NCBI GenBank assembly: GCA_036172245.1
Contig: JAYWIR010000012.1
Coordinates: forward strand, 2,666,001-2,730,000
Source: Raillietiella orientalis
Taxonomy: Eukaryota
DNA: 64,000 nt
Direction: 5' to 3'
Shown in pieces: positions 63,528 through 64,000 of this stretch. The notes under the pieces are model-generated. The model did no database searches, was not told the DNA's origin, and saw only the letters and a program-made list of their open reading frames with translations. The position numbers were made by a program, and so were the translations under genes. How positions within the stretch are numbered: position 1 is the stretch's first letter; the number at the start of each line of letters is the position of its first letter.

Positions 63528-64000
63528 TGAATGAGACGGGTCCGCACGCTCGTTCTTTGCCACCCGCGCCCTCCGGCACAAACGGCAGGCGCAGGGAGGA
63601 CCGGCAACTCCGATAGAGGAGATGCAGGAGGGCCTTCGGTGGTCGGCCTGCCACGTTCCGCGAGGCTGCCGGCATCCCTGCGGTGAGACACGTGCGTCGT
63701 CGAAAGGAACTTCTTCTGCTCCCTCTCCCGACACTACGAAGCTTCCGAGACCCGTGGCAACGGGAAGAGGGAAGCGCGCCTCAGCGAGGGTCCTCTCCGT
63801 CTGCTCTGCGCCCATGTGCGTGCGTGGGATTGAGCGTCTTCTTCCTTTTTCCCCTTCCCCCTCCGCCCGTTTCGCGCTGGAACCCGCTCCCGCCTCCCGG
63901 CAGACCGTTCCGACCAGGTGACTGCCCTCTTCCATCTTCTTGCAGAGTCTCTTCGTGTTCCGGAAAGCGCCCGGCACCCTCTCCGTTTCCCCTTCCCCTC

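Noticed and set aside
1..64000. Prokaryotic operon, phage or defence system
   Set aside because: Spliceosomal introns, LINE/SINE remnants and microsatellites indicate a metazoan nuclear genome. There are no gene-dense ORF arrays.

Overview
Eukaryotic (metazoan, probably arthropod) GC-rich genomic DNA. Most short ORFs in the supplied track are noise. There is one well-supported host gene, a 5-exon naked cuticle (nkd) orthologue on the minus strand (CDS 52127-49104, 396 aa, all introns GT-AG and phase-consistent). It has about 6.5 kb of apparently TE-free upstream sequence containing clustered TCF/Pangolin HMG and Helper-like motifs. Positions ~0.7-47.5 kb are dominated by decayed non-LTR retrotransposons: several L1/Tx1-like families, a Utopia/NeSL-like RLE element and a second R2/NeSL-like RT remnant. 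A ~570-bp tRNA-derived SINE is present in 6 copies. The best finding is that two near-identical, differently 5'-truncated L1/Tx1-like copies have independently inserted antisense into two diverged copies of that SINE. The insertions lie within the same ~25-bp motif, each with its own TSD starting with ACCAG, which suggests a SINE-targeting retrotransposon. The right end holds a 103-bp tandem repeat and a ~190-bp direct repeat of unknown origin. TE boundaries and identities are by-eye estimates; no searches were run.
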